Shown here: positions 24,490-36,471 of the stretch, in pieces
How the letters are laid out: each line of letters begins with the position of its first letter
Numbering within the stretch: the stretch's first letter is position 1
Source: Octopus bimaculoides
Lineage: Eukaryota
Assembly: GCF_001194135.2 (NCBI RefSeq)
Contig: NC_068982.1
Span: forward strand, 86,911,994 to 86,975,993
Reading direction: 5' to 3'
Length of the DNA stretch: 64,000 bases
Made by a program: the position numbers and the translations under genes
The notes under the pieces: model-generated
What the model was told of the DNA's origin: nothing
The model's input: only the letters and a program-made list of their open reading frames with translations
The model's database searches: none

Positions 24490-26312
24490 CATAATTAAGG
24501 GATCAGCAACAGTTGCTTCACCACATATCGAAGTTCAGAAATAGCAGCTAAATGCTGAAACTCCAACAGATAGCATTACTTGTAACTCATAAAAGCAAAA
24601 CAAGAAGAAGAAAAACGAACCTAACCAGTCGTAAGTTAATCATAGACGCGTTTCTGGCTTAGAAGGGAGAAACTCTTCATTTCCTTATCAGTATGATATT
24701 CCAGTTGCAAATTCGACGATGCTAGCAATTGTGCATGCATGTGGATGTATGCGTGTGTAAATGTGTGCATCTGTATTGTGTGGGTATGTGGATGATGCTG
24801 TGGGTACTGGGAAGTGGTCAGTGTTAGTGTGTGCGAGGTAATGTGATGTGGTCTGGTGTGGCATGATGTGGTATGGTAATGTGTAGTGTGGTGTGGGTGT
24901 TGGGAAGTGGTCTGTGCTAGTGTGCGGGGTAGTGTGATGTGATGTGGTGTGGTGGTGTGTAGTGTGGCATGACGTGGTGTGGCATGATGTAGTGTGGTGG
25001 TATGTGTTATGGTGGTGTTGTGGAGTGAAGATACGAGGGTGGAGTGTGGGGATGTGAGGGTGGAGTGTTGGTTTGGGGTGAGGATGTGGGGGTAAGGGTG
25101 GGGTATTAGGAGTGGGATGTGTGGGGTGGTGGGATTGGGCTGTGTGGGTGTGGTGTGTGGATAGGGATAACGATGAAGTAAGAAATGAAGAGATGAAGTA
25201 GATGTCAGGGCAAGAAAGTAGAGGGGGTAGGAGTTAAGAGAGGAAGTAGGTGTGAGATAAAGTGAGGAGAGAGGAGGGGAGTAAGAGGAAGAGGGAGGGG
25301 ATTTGAGCCTATGTGGCGCAAAGGGTCGAAGGGAGAAGATTAATCTCTGTTCACGGCGAAGGCGGGAGTCTAGATGGCCCTGAGCAAAGGCAATCCAAAC
25401 ACAGACAGGTGTTGTAATGAATGACCGGTAGAATGGAAATGGCGCGAGACCGAGGTGTCATTACCGAATCTAATGTCTCGCGAACCGGTCAGCCAAGCGG
25501 CATCCCATTTGACCGATGTACAGAGAATGACAGAAAGAGCAGGAGGTGCAGTAAATGACGTTGCTAGAAGTGCATATAAAGGAGTCAGTGATATGATAGG
25601 AACGATGATGGATGTCTGTGAGGATGGTGGTGTTGGAGAGGTAGGGGCAAATGCGGCAGCGTGGGTGGGAGCAGGGAAACGAGCCAGGTTGGGAGGTGAG
25701 GTTAAGGAAGAAACTGTGGACGTAAGTTGTGGGCTCGTTTGAAGGGGTAGGTTGGGGAAGCTGTGCGAAGTGGAGGGGTCGGACTAGAGTTGCCGGAAGG
25801 CTCGGAGAATTGTGCGTTGGAGAGGTAAGGTAGAGGGTGATAGTTGAGGGGAGACGGGTAAGGGCGGGGTGGGAGCGGGGAGAGGAGAACAGAGGTACGG
25901 TTCACGGAACGTTCTCTGGCAAGGGCGGTGTGGCTAGTGGTGAGGGGATATCCACGAAGGATGAAGTGCCGAGCCATGAGTTGAAACTGAGTCTCAAAGT
26001 CATGGTTGTCACTGCAGAGCCTGCACAGACAGAGGAATTGGGAGTAGGGGATGGAGAGCTTGGTGTGGGTAGGGTGGGAGGAGAAGTTGAGGTATGAGTG
26101 TGAGTCGGTGTATTAGTAGTGGATGGAGGTGGTGAGAGTGGAGTGGTGTATGTTGACCGAAATGTCGAGAAAGTCGACGGAAGTGTTAGAAATGGTGCAG
26201 GAGAATTCGAGAGCAAGATGGAAAGATTGGACAAAAGAGAGGAAGGAGTCTCGTTCTTCACGGGAGAGTGATGTCGCACCGATACAGTCATCAATATAAC
26301 CGTGTGTATGAC
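24490..26312 (-). mobile_element. Penelope-like element: RT C-terminus, GIY-YIG and pLTR-like 3' region
   Basis: YIDDCIG...VDFLDISV (ORF 26113..26337), MARHFILRGYP, GIY-YIG region at 25440-25760, hammerhead at 24639-24697. Confidence 0.85.
24639..24697 (-). ncRNA. Type I minimal hammerhead ribozyme (Penelope-associated), probably inactivated
   Basis: Minus strand: ATCATA-CTGATAA-GG(...)CCA-GAAA-CGCG-TC-TATGAT. Perfect 6-bp stem I, palindromic ACGCGT stem III, G8->A change in the core. Confidence 0.6.
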
Positions 26313-26525
26313 TTTGTTTCTGTGTTCTCCCTAACATCGCTTGACAACCAGTGTTGTTGTTTACGTCCCCGTAAGCAAGTGGTTCGACAAAATGAGATCG
26401 ATAGGTTAAGTACTAGGCTTTAAGAAATAGGTCCTGATGTCGATTTGTTCGACTAAAACCCTTTGAGGTGGTGCTCCAGCATGGCTACAGTTAAATGACT
26501 GAAACTAGTAAAAGAATTAAAGAAT
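26313..26525 (+). mobile_element. SINE 3' half
   Basis: Matches the 3' half of 636-1020. Confidence 0.75.
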
Positions 26526-26827
26526 AAGGTATATATATATATAGTGTGTGTGTGTGTTTCTATGTATGTGTATATATGTATGTTTGTATGTATGATATAT
26601 GGATGTGTGTATGTATGTATGTATGTATGTATTTATGTATGTATGTCTTCCTCTAGTTAATTTTAAGTAATTTCTTATTTTCCAAATAACACCTTTGCTT
26701 CTCAAAATTTTTCTTTCGTGTGCTCGTATGTTAATGCAATATGAATATATACCTATACAGAAACATAGAGCCGGTGTTTTAAATTTAGACATAAAATCAA
26801 TATTATGAAACAGCATGGCGATTCTTC

Positions 26828-26854
26828 TGACGTCAAAGTAAGCCGTTGCTAAGG
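26828..26854. promoter_or_regulatory. Candidate CRE plus RFX X-box-like pair
   Basis: Perfect TGACGTCA at 26828-26835 and GTTGCTAAGG at 26845-26854 in a CpG-retaining non-repeat stretch. Confidence 0.25.
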
Positions 26855-28007
26855 TTTGTGTGACGACACTAATAAATACACACAATTTACGACAGCGATG
26901 TTTACGACAACGATCACTATGATTCCTTTTAATTGTCATTTCGTGGTTTTGTCGGATAAAGAATTGTGGTGTTGTGCTCTAGAAATATAGTTGCTGTGGC
27001 AAGATAGGAGTATATAGTATTGGACGAGCAACCTAATTTAGTTAAGATGACGTATGCGATCATCATCACCATCTTCATCAGTAGCAGCAGCAGCAGCAGT
27101 AGAGACAGCAATAGTGACAGCAGCAACGGTAAAGTAACAGCATTAGTAAAGTAGTAGCAGTAGTGATTTAATGCAGCTGGCATATGCATTTCTTCATTCT
27201 ATTTATAATGAAAGTTTGGACGTTTTTCGCTGTTATGATGTTATTTAGTATTGTATCTACTCTGAGTAGGCCTGTTGTAGGCCTGTAATAAAGTTATGCA
27301 TTAGGCACTAGATTCTGTAATGTATTCTTTCTTCTCTCTGAACAGTGAGGTCTAGTTGAAAACAAATTTAGTTGTTATTGCTTGCCTTTTGTTGGTTCGT
27401 TCGTTAGATTTACTAACGTCATAATATGTTTCCAGATCTGCCCTAGTCGAGTATAGGATATGGCACGCTGTTGGTCTAACGGCTAAGAGTTACAGTAGTG
27501 ACTTATTTATCTAGTGATACCATGTTTCTATCTAACTGAGGACTGTATGGTACACTCTTACTTCAGTGATGAGTTATATGGGGTGCAGTGTGACGGGCTA
27601 GAGATATTACATTATACCGATATATCTGTCTCTCTTCGATCACTGGTTCAAGCAGTGACCACAGCAAAATCGGAAAAGGTGGACTCGATTTGAGCGTGAT
27701 AGTTGCTGTCCCTTGCATCCTAGCACAGTGTTTGCGGCTAGTGAAACCGTCAATGTTGCGGTTACTTCTGTAACTGTGTGTATGTCTGTTTTTATGTTGA
27801 TAGACTGAAATGATGTTTAGGATGCAATCTTAGTAAAGCTCAGAGCTTTTCCACAGGTGACTGGATCTTTAGATGCGATTTTTCATATAATGGCTGGAAC
27901 TGTGATGGATAAGTTTGCACAAACTGTGACACTCACATGTAGTTTCATTTTTGTGTTTCTTATTAGTGTTGTTGAAGCTATTGTTACACTCAATATTGTA
28001 CTCTCTT

Positions 28008-28082
<75 letters not shown>

Positions 28083-28934
28083 TAGATATGTATAGGGTGA
28101 CACTATGGTTATATAACTGAAAAGGTCAAAGTTCTTATATAAATGATAATTTAATTATGATAAATTATACTATAATTTATTATATTATAAAAGTTATAAT
28201 AAATAAATTAAAGTCTCAGTCACTTCTTGATGTAATTACAAAATTATAATAACTAATCAATGAAAAATATCAACACTTGTTACGAGTTTGCAGTAACACA
28301 AACTACACAGCGGTGATTTTTTGTGTTAGAGTTTATCACGAAACGAAGGACAACATCTTTACTAATCAGATTTTTGGCATGTCGTCTATGCATGGCTTAT
28401 AATTCCTAAATTGTCCGTTGCTCACCATGGTGTTCCACAAATAAATCTCGATCATTTCCACAGTTTGGGAAAATGGCGTTCACAGTCCACACTACCTACA
28501 GGCAGCATTATAACACTTTGAAGCAGCTTGAACAGTTCAAAGAAGTTATGTCTTGTAGAGATGTAATTTGGTCAGTGAATTCAAAATGTGTCTTCTGCTC
28601 TATGACACGCATTGTATAGTGGCATTCTGTATTCAAGTCGTTCAAGTTCGGTATATATGTCTCAAATATGAATTTTAGACCATCAATGTTGAGAAACTGG
28701 TCACTTTTGGAATTAAGATGGGAAAGGCTTATCATAATATGGGTTTCCCACCAAAAAGTGGTGCTGGTGCTCTGAGTAAATTTAATCCAAAACACGAATA
28801 TAGATAACACGACGAAAATCGGCGAAAAGATCACTTTTTTATTTCTTATTGGCCGATTTCCTGCAACCGCAATGACCACCAAGATGCACTCAGTAAGGTT
28901 GTCAGAAGCCGGCAATTTGTCTCATAATTTTGCC

Positions 28935-29021
28935 CGTCCTGGGGTCGATTTGCTCGACTAAAGGCGGTGCTCCAGTATGGCCGCAGTCAAATGACTGAAA
29001 CAAGTAAAAGAGTTAAAAGAG
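28935..29021 (+). mobile_element. SINE 3' tail fragment
   Basis: CTGGGGTCGATTTGCTCGACTAAAGGCGGTGCTCCAGTATGGCCGCAGTC... Confidence 0.8.
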
Positions 29022-30307
29022 TCATATGCCAAATATCTTCGTCATCCATCTTATTTCGCGTCACATCACGATTCTCAGTGCAACTGGATATCACTTCACT
29101 TACATTCATATCCAGTAAAGAAGATAACAGCGGTTTTACCAGATGCTTAGTTCGTAGCAGAACTTGTTCAAAGAGGGCAAGGAGAATACAAACTTTTGTA
29201 GACAAAAGTGATAGAAAGGTCTTACCAATTTATCGATTTACTTTCATATTGTTTTTCAGATGGCTAGGTAACCTCCCAGAAATATGAAAGAATATCCAAA
29301 ATAAACTGGAGCGTACTATGCACAGCATAAAATTATTACACAAGCCAGCGTATATTGGACAAGTTTTTCAGCTCCATTGGTTGTCTACATGTTTTGCCTG
29401 TAACCATATGAAGTTATGATGTGCTTAAACTGGTACTCAGAGTGGACCGAACCACAGACAGGTAGATTTGGAATTTTCGTCACACTTCATTAAGTCGAAA
29501 AATTATCTCGCAACCATAGCATTTTAACGCTGTCACAGCCATTATAGATTGAGTCGACATGGATTGCTAATGAGATAAGAGCATGCAGCTTTAGTTGATT
29601 ATCGGGGATCTTTGGATCATGACCGAAGCACCATCATAGCTTTGAACAACATATAACTAGTCGTCAATACCAATAAATTTTAGTACTGAATCTATGAACG
29701 GTAGAAGCAATTCGGTGTCGAGTTTAAAAGTTACCTGATATCTAATAAATTCTTCACAGATACCATTGCCAAAAACTTCATGCAGAACAAATGAAAGCTG
29801 TTTGGTTTTTGTAATGTCCTTTGTTTCATCTACAGTTACTGCGAAGAGCCAGGTTTAGACACTGCTCGAACTATCGCTCATTTGTTTATTAAGGTCACGA
29901 CAGAAAAAAAAAAAAAAAGAAATCAAGAACTTATTCTGAACATAGTGATAAATATATTTTGTATTACAGTATCCCTTCATTATCTGTTCACTGACGATAT
30001 CATCATGTGTTGATAACATTCCTCACATATTGCCATATACTTGCCCACCTTCCTGTCCTCTTCGAGAACTCAGTTGTAGTGCCGTTAATTATAAAAGCCA
30101 AAATAGGTAGCAACTAATTTCACGAACTTGCTTCGCCTAGACGTTTTCTTTTCTCAAAGTTTTGGTTTTCTTTTTATACAAAAGTTGCAGTTATGTTAAA
30201 TTTTGGCAGATACCCAAAGCAACCATTTCCTTCTTGCATGCTTTCAATCGGGTATGACTCTTAATGAATGACTGTTCATATACCTCTTTTGATTTGGACA
30301 GTAAATA

Positions 30308-31774
30308 CATTGTGCAACACTCAAAAAAGTACAAGAGATCTGTGGCCATTTTTATATGCAAAATGACATGGGAAATCCATTTCTGGCCTTCTTTTTGTTG
30401 AATTAGGCATGGTTTCTACAGAATTGTCACTGTATACCATTTTTGTCATTATTATTAAATAAAATTCTCTACTGCATTGTAAAATGGGTTTCAACCCAGG
30501 GCTAGAGACCAATCTTAGTAACATCTACAATGTGATTCAAAGCTTGTGTTTAATGTTATTTTTTATCTTTCAGATCTTATTTGTTTTCAACAATGAGTGC
30601 AAGACAGTGCAAGAATGATCCAAACAGATTCTGTTATATATGTGGGGAATTGACTTTTGCTAAAGAAAAGCGCAGTATTACACGCCATATCAAGAAAATA
30701 TTCATGAAAGTATCATATGAAGATCTGAAAGCAATTCTAACAAGCATACAGTATGATGACCATACCTGGCATATATGTGCAGATTTTAAGGTTGCGGCCA
30801 TGCTTACTGGCCTTCAGCTTAGCTATACTAAATTTTGCTGCATCCTGTGCTTATGGAATTCCAGAGCAAGAGCTGAACATTATGTACGCAAGATGAAACT
30901 GAGCAAAGAAAACACAACATCAAGCACAAACCACTTGTGAAAAGTGATAGATTTTTTTTTACCACCTTTGCATATTAAACTTAGTTTGTTTAAGCAATTT
31001 GCGAAAGCCTTGGACAAAGAATCCTCCGCATTTGCATATCTTGCAGAAAAGTTCCCTTCCCTGAGTAAAGCTAAAATTAAAGAAGGTTTCTTCATAGGTC
31101 CCCAAATTCGAAAAATTGTACTTGATGAAACCTTCATCACACATCTCAAAAGAAAAGAGAAGCTTGCCTTTGAGTCATTGAAGAAAGTTTGCCATAACTT
31201 CCTGGGCAACCATCTTTCAGAAGACTATTTGCAAGTTGTGAATGATCTGCTGAATCATTATCATGATATAGGATGTAACATGTCTGTAAAAGTTCATGTG
31301 CTTCACTCTCATTTGGAATTTTTTGCGGAAAATCTTGGTGATGTGAGTGATGAACATGGCGAAAGATTCCATCAGGATATTTCCGTGATGGAGCGACGGT
31401 TCAAAGGAAAATGGAACCCTGGCATGTTGGCAGACTACTGCTGGAGTATAAAAAAAGATCACACTCTGCACAAGAGGCTTAGAAGGACAAAAGTTGTTTA
31501 AATTAACAGGTGTGTTTTTAATTCATAACCAATATATGTTTTGTTATACCAACCAAACTTTTGTTTTTGTTTTTGTAACTTTCATCATTTGCAATGGTGT
31601 GTTCAATACACAATGTTATGCAGTATATTATAAAACATATGGTTCATGGTACTGGAAAACGGTGCCTAATCTGGAGAAATAAAGGTCAGAATCAGAATCA
31701 GGACAATTTTTTGACTCAGAAACAAATTTTACTTCACTTGTACTTTTTTTGAACCTGAAATTTGTTGCACAGTG
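30308..31774 (+). mobile_element. Chapaev3-like (CMC) DNA transposon, internally deleted
   Basis: Ends CATTGTGCAACA / TGTTGCACAGTG with 3-bp ATA TSD; ORFs CKNDPNRFCYICGE, CCILCLWNSRAR, LPPLHIKL, DVSDEHGERFHQDI, LADYCW. Family assignment is from memory of these motifs. Confidence 0.75.
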
Positions 31775-32962
31775 ATATCGATAGCAAATATAATGCATTT
31801 TGATAAACTGTACTCTGCACATAGATATAATTATAAATCATATCTGTAGACTCTGGATTGAAACTCTGATAATTTGAGCCAAGCAATGTTCGGGAAATTT
31901 TCTGAGCTGCGGTTGAGAGGCTTCGTCGCTTTGGTTGTTGCTGTCTACAAGATTGTTGCTGTCTACAAGATTGTTGCTGTCTACAAGATAAGAATCACCT
32001 CTCTGCAGAGCCATAATTGTCATTTAAGTGAAAGGTTTTCCGATTCCTTAGCACTGTGCAACCGTCCTTTCGACATGAAAACTGAGAGGGAATTATATAA
32101 GTGTGTATTACCAAATTTAGTATGCAATAACGACCTGGCTTCGACAATTTGGGTTATGTATGTCCGAACTGAGGAGATCAAAACAAACCTCCCAGTTGTT
32201 ATCATCAAAGCTACAAATGAATAAGTATTTCTTCAAATAAACATCTCGATTCCTTAAAACAAAAAGCCTCGCATACAAAAAAACAAAACAAAACATAAAT
32301 ACAAAAATCATGAAGTAGATCTGAAAGATTTCAAAATGTGAAAATGGAATTAAATCCAGAACCAATAATAATCGCTTCCAATGGAAGGATCGAGAGGGAT
32401 CCTCGGATCAGATTGTTCGACTACTACCAACATTTACAGAGATTCTTATGCAATAAACAGGTGTAGTCGCCTTTACTCAGCTACGTCTTTCCACAGCTCC
32501 TCCCTTTGACGTAACTACAGTCATGGATCAAGTATAGATCAAGACAGGCTGTCTGATATCAGGAACGCTGCCAATTCTCTACCAGTTGTTGCAAAGCTAG
32601 CGGAATCATTGGAAATTTTTTTTTATTGAATGAATTCTTGTGACCTCCTAATATTGCAAATCAGGTTACTTAGCCTAGTAACTGATGGTTTTAGAGTCTT
32701 ATTGTTTGTAACTTTTGCTGAGCCATGGGGCAACTAACAACATGGTAAAAAATCCCTGCTATTAATTTGGTGTGGATGAGTACTATCAAATAATTCAATC
32801 ACAAAATATATTTAAATTAAACATGAAAAATTTGAAATATTATCATCACTTACATGGAAAAATTGAAATATTATCTTTCAGTAATTTATAAGTTAAAATC
32901 TTAAATTATTGACACATTATCAATTATCTTATAACAACAATGCCTGGAAAAAACATGGATTG

Positions 32963-33475
32963 CATGGGAAGATGCGAGCATGAAAAGTCATATTCTTAAG
33001 ATTATAAACCTGGAAAAGTACAGGACAAGTTATTACATCTGTAAAAGTATTGGACAAGCTATTACTTCCAGTAAAGTAAAGAATAAGAATCCTTTTATTT
33101 AAAATATTGCAGCTAAAATTAAAATTTGAATATTAAAACTTATTTTATTATAGTTTACAAATAACACTATACTTATTTAAGTAGAATTTGGCTAATTTAC
33201 TACCTTAAATACAGAAAAAAGTGACTAATTAGACAAACTTACAAATTAGCTGAACAGTTTTGTACAATGAATTTAAAAGATGAGAACTGTAAAGAGTGAT
33301 AAATTAGAAGAACTGGCATTCTTTGCTGCAATATTTGAAGTAAAAAGTTTCTTATTCTTTACTTTACTGGAAGTAATAGCTTGTCGTATACTTTTACAGG
33401 TGTAATAACTCGTCTTGTACATTTCCAGGTTTATAATCTTAAGAATATGATTTGTCATGCTTGCATTTTTCCATG
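32963..33475. mobile_element. MITE with ~150-bp imperfect TIRs
   Basis: 32963-33113 is the reverse complement of ~33325-33475; flanks TG|CATGG and CCATG|TA (probably a mutated TA TSD). Confidence 0.7.
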
Positions 33476-33766
33476 TAATATATTTATATATATATATATA
33501 TGTACGTACGTGTGTGTGTGTGTGTGTGTGTGATAAGCTTCATGTCGAAAACGAGTAATGAGGACAGAAACAACTCTAACAAGTTTGACGTAAGAAGAGG
33601 GCAACGTTCAGACAAAAACCCGTTGAACTGGAAAGTCACAAAGTACAAACACAAGAATGGCACACACACACAAAACCACACTGCCCTCAGATAAAAATCT
33701 TACGACGTAGTTAATTTGTTTTCATTATTTACAATTTTTCTATGTACAGATAAAAATTTTACAATA

Positions 33767-34581
33767 CAGCAATCCCTCGAATATCGCGGGTATTACTCCC
33801 CCCCCCCCACACACACACGATGAGAGAAAATTCACGAAGTAGAATCAGTACTGTACTGAATATTTTTTTATTTTCATAATTTGTATATTCTTTTATTCTT
33901 TTACTTGTTTCAGCAATCGAACTAATCGACCTTGTAAGCCTAGTACTTATTCTATCGGTCTCTTATGCCGAACCGCTAAGTTACGAATACGAAAACATAC
34001 CAACATCGGTTGTCCAGCGATGGTNNNNNNNNNNTATATATATTTATATATATATATATATATATACGACGGGCTTCTTTCAGTTTCCGTCTACCAAATC
34101 CACTCTCAAGGCTTTGGTCGGCTCGAGGCTATCGTAGAAGACACTTGCTCAAGGTGCCATGCAGTGGGACTGAACCCGGAACCATGTGGTTGGGAAGTAA
34201 GCTTCTTACCACACAGCCACACCTGTGCCTATATTTATCTTATCATAAATGCAAAGCAACACCACACACTCGCCTCCCGAGTTTCGTTTTCCATACAGTA
34301 TGTGCGATTCTTTGTTTACTCATCTACGGTGCACTACGTATTTTCTTTTAATATATTTTAATTAATGTGTTATACAATGCAGTACTGTACTGTATTTTTA
34401 TTTATTAATTTAATAATTTTTAGGCGTGAAAATGCTTATTTTACCACAGAAGTAATTAAAATCTAAAAGAAATATGGATATACTGAGGAGTCCGCGATAT
34501 AAATTTACATACATTAGAGAGAAAAATCCACGATGTACTGAGGGCGCGATAGGTGAACCGCGATATGGCGAGTAATTACTG
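33767..34581. mobile_element. pogo/Tigger-like non-autonomous element with a nested SINE
   Basis: TA|CAGCAATCCCTCGAATATCGCGG ... CCGCGATATGGCGAGTAATTACTG|TA. Confidence 0.65.
33892..34232 (-). mobile_element. Full-length tRNA-derived SINE
   Basis: Reverse complement of the 636-1020 family. Confidence 0.8.
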
Positions 34582-34601
34582 TATAATAAATTTGTTGTTA
34601 A

Positions 34602-34957
34602 GGTTATCTCTATAGATTTTCTATAGACATTATAGCCAGCACTGATTTTGTTACGTTTTGTATCCGAGACGCCAGATGTAAACAACGAGATCGAAGATGA
34701 AAAATGGGTAATGGGCTTATATGTCATCTTTCAGGAAAATTTCCTCCTTCATCAGCATCCGTCCAACCCTATGAGCTCGTGGATGCTTAATTGGTGGATT
34801 GGTGTTGATGAAGGAGCAAAATCTCCTGAAATATAGCATATAAGCCCATTTTTCATCTTCGATCTCATTGCTATATACATTAGGCGTCTCGGTTACGAAA
34901 CATCGTAACAAAATCAGTGCTGGCTATAATTTCTATAGAAAATCTGTAGAGATAGCC
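34602..34957. mobile_element. 356-bp fully palindromic MITE, TTAA TSD, GG...CC ends (Kolobok-like)
   Basis: TTAA|GGTTATCTCTATAG...CTGTAGAGATAGCC|TTAA; the whole element is an imperfect inverted repeat, so its + and - ORFs translate similarly. Confidence 0.75.
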
Positions 34958-35139
34958 TTAACATGCAATTTAATAGCACTGATAACACAGTAGGACACAA
35001 TATTAACTTATAAAAGCCTTTAATATATTTCGTAGTATATTATGGTTGCATAACTAAATACGGTCATTAATAGTTAATTTGTTTTAATTATTTGCAATTT
35101 TAATATGTAGAAATGATTTTATTCAATTTGACGACAACG

Positions 35140-35950
35140 CATAAGTATTTTCAAATCTGACGGTGTTTTACACAGTCGATTATAACTTGTACATGTCTTA
35201 CATTACTTTGAACAGCACGAGAAGAGAGATGGCTAGTTAAGTTAACATTTGACCTGGTGGCAAAGTCACATTTTGGACCTTGATAGTTTGCAAGATTATT
35301 CGTATTTTGATAATTTAGTTTTCTGTTTTCATGCAACTGGTTATTATAATTGATTCCTTGTACTTCAAAATTTACTAGTCCTATATAGCACCATCTTCTC
35401 CAGTTGTTTTGGTGTTTTGCTATATCATCCCAGTCATTACTTTTTATATTGAGTCATTTAAAATTATCCCTAAATTTGTCTTTATTTCGCAGTCTACCAA
35501 CCGTACGACTTCAATTGCCTATAAAAGACTTGTTATAGAATTCTATCATCATTCACTCACAAAATATGACCCAACCACCTAATTTGGAGAGATACTATGC
35601 CAGGGATATTACACATAGAAAATCTATCACTTCCTCATTCTATCATTCCATTTTATTTTGCATATTTATCTCAAGACACCGATATGAAAGCTGTTTAATT
35701 GATTAATGTGCTTCCAAGAGGGGGTTCAAGTCTCTGTACTACACAAAAGAATTGTCATGACGATTGCTTTACAGATTTCAATTTTGGTTTTAATAGAGAC
35801 CTCATAGGCATTCCGGAGTCTCTTGAACTTGCTTTGCCTATAGGAATTACAATTTCTTTATCAAACTTTCACATCATTTGTCACAACAGAGTCGAGAGAG
35901 GTGAAAGAACAGACTGTTTTTAGTGTTTTTCCTTCTACAAACACTGTAGA
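35140..35950 (-). mobile_element. Old RTE LINE 3' fragment
   Basis: IKTKIEICKAIVMTILL, QIRWLGHIL, DWDDIAKHQNNWRR and a degenerate finger YQGPKCDFATRSNVNLTSHL. Confidence 0.7.
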
Positions 35951-35993
35951 CATAATCTTCGGGCTATTACCAGGACATAGTTGAAAGAGGAGT

Positions 35994-36025
<32 letters not shown>

Positions 36026-36048
36026 TGTATGTATGTATGTGTGCGTAC

Positions 36049-36136
<88 letters not shown>

Positions 36137-36471
36137 AGATAGATAAATATAATTTTTTACCGGCAGAAGTTACAGAGGGACTCAAGGACCTAGTGTTTGT
36201 TCTATTCAAGTTACACTGAGAAAACAAAGACGAAAACTCACAGATCAGTTGAAAAAACACTTATATCCCCTTTAAATATATAAAAAGACGAAGCACAAGT
36301 TTCTTCACATTTAGTTCATCACACTCCAACCGGTTTTCATTGTTTGAGCTACTCTTTCATGGGAAACGAGGAAAATTGTCATTTAAGTATCTTTTTAGAA
36401 AGCATTACTTCTCGTCTTTTTCTAATAGTGTTCTGTGTTATACAAGGTACATTATTCACAGGGATCAATAA

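Larger units (their letters stand above)
28330..32050 (-). mobile_element. hAT (Tip100/ZMYM1-like) transposase relic, interrupted by a SINE tail and a Chapaev3-like element
   Basis: Minus-strand motifs in order: QPQLRKFPE...SFNPE (TTF-finger-like, continuing across the 30308-31774 insert to D*KHA), FAVTVDETKDITKTKQLSFV, SYDGASVM, KVCILLALFEQVL, FELFKLLQSVIMLPVGSVDCERHF. Confidence 0.7.

Noticed and set aside
28508-28915. 135-aa minus-strand ORF as a host membrane or receptor gene
   Set aside because: An overlapping frame gives the hAT dimerisation motif (LPVGSVDCERHF) and the ORF begins beside a SINE tail.
29240-29275. 8-nt microexon-like ATGGCTAG between a good acceptor and GTAACC
   Set aside because: It lies antisense within continuous hAT transposase sequence; likely chance.
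31925-31990. Three 18-bp direct repeats (TTGTTGCTGTCTACAAGA) as a CRISPR-like array
   Set aside because: No spacers, eukaryotic context, and an in-frame tandem duplication within the hAT relic.
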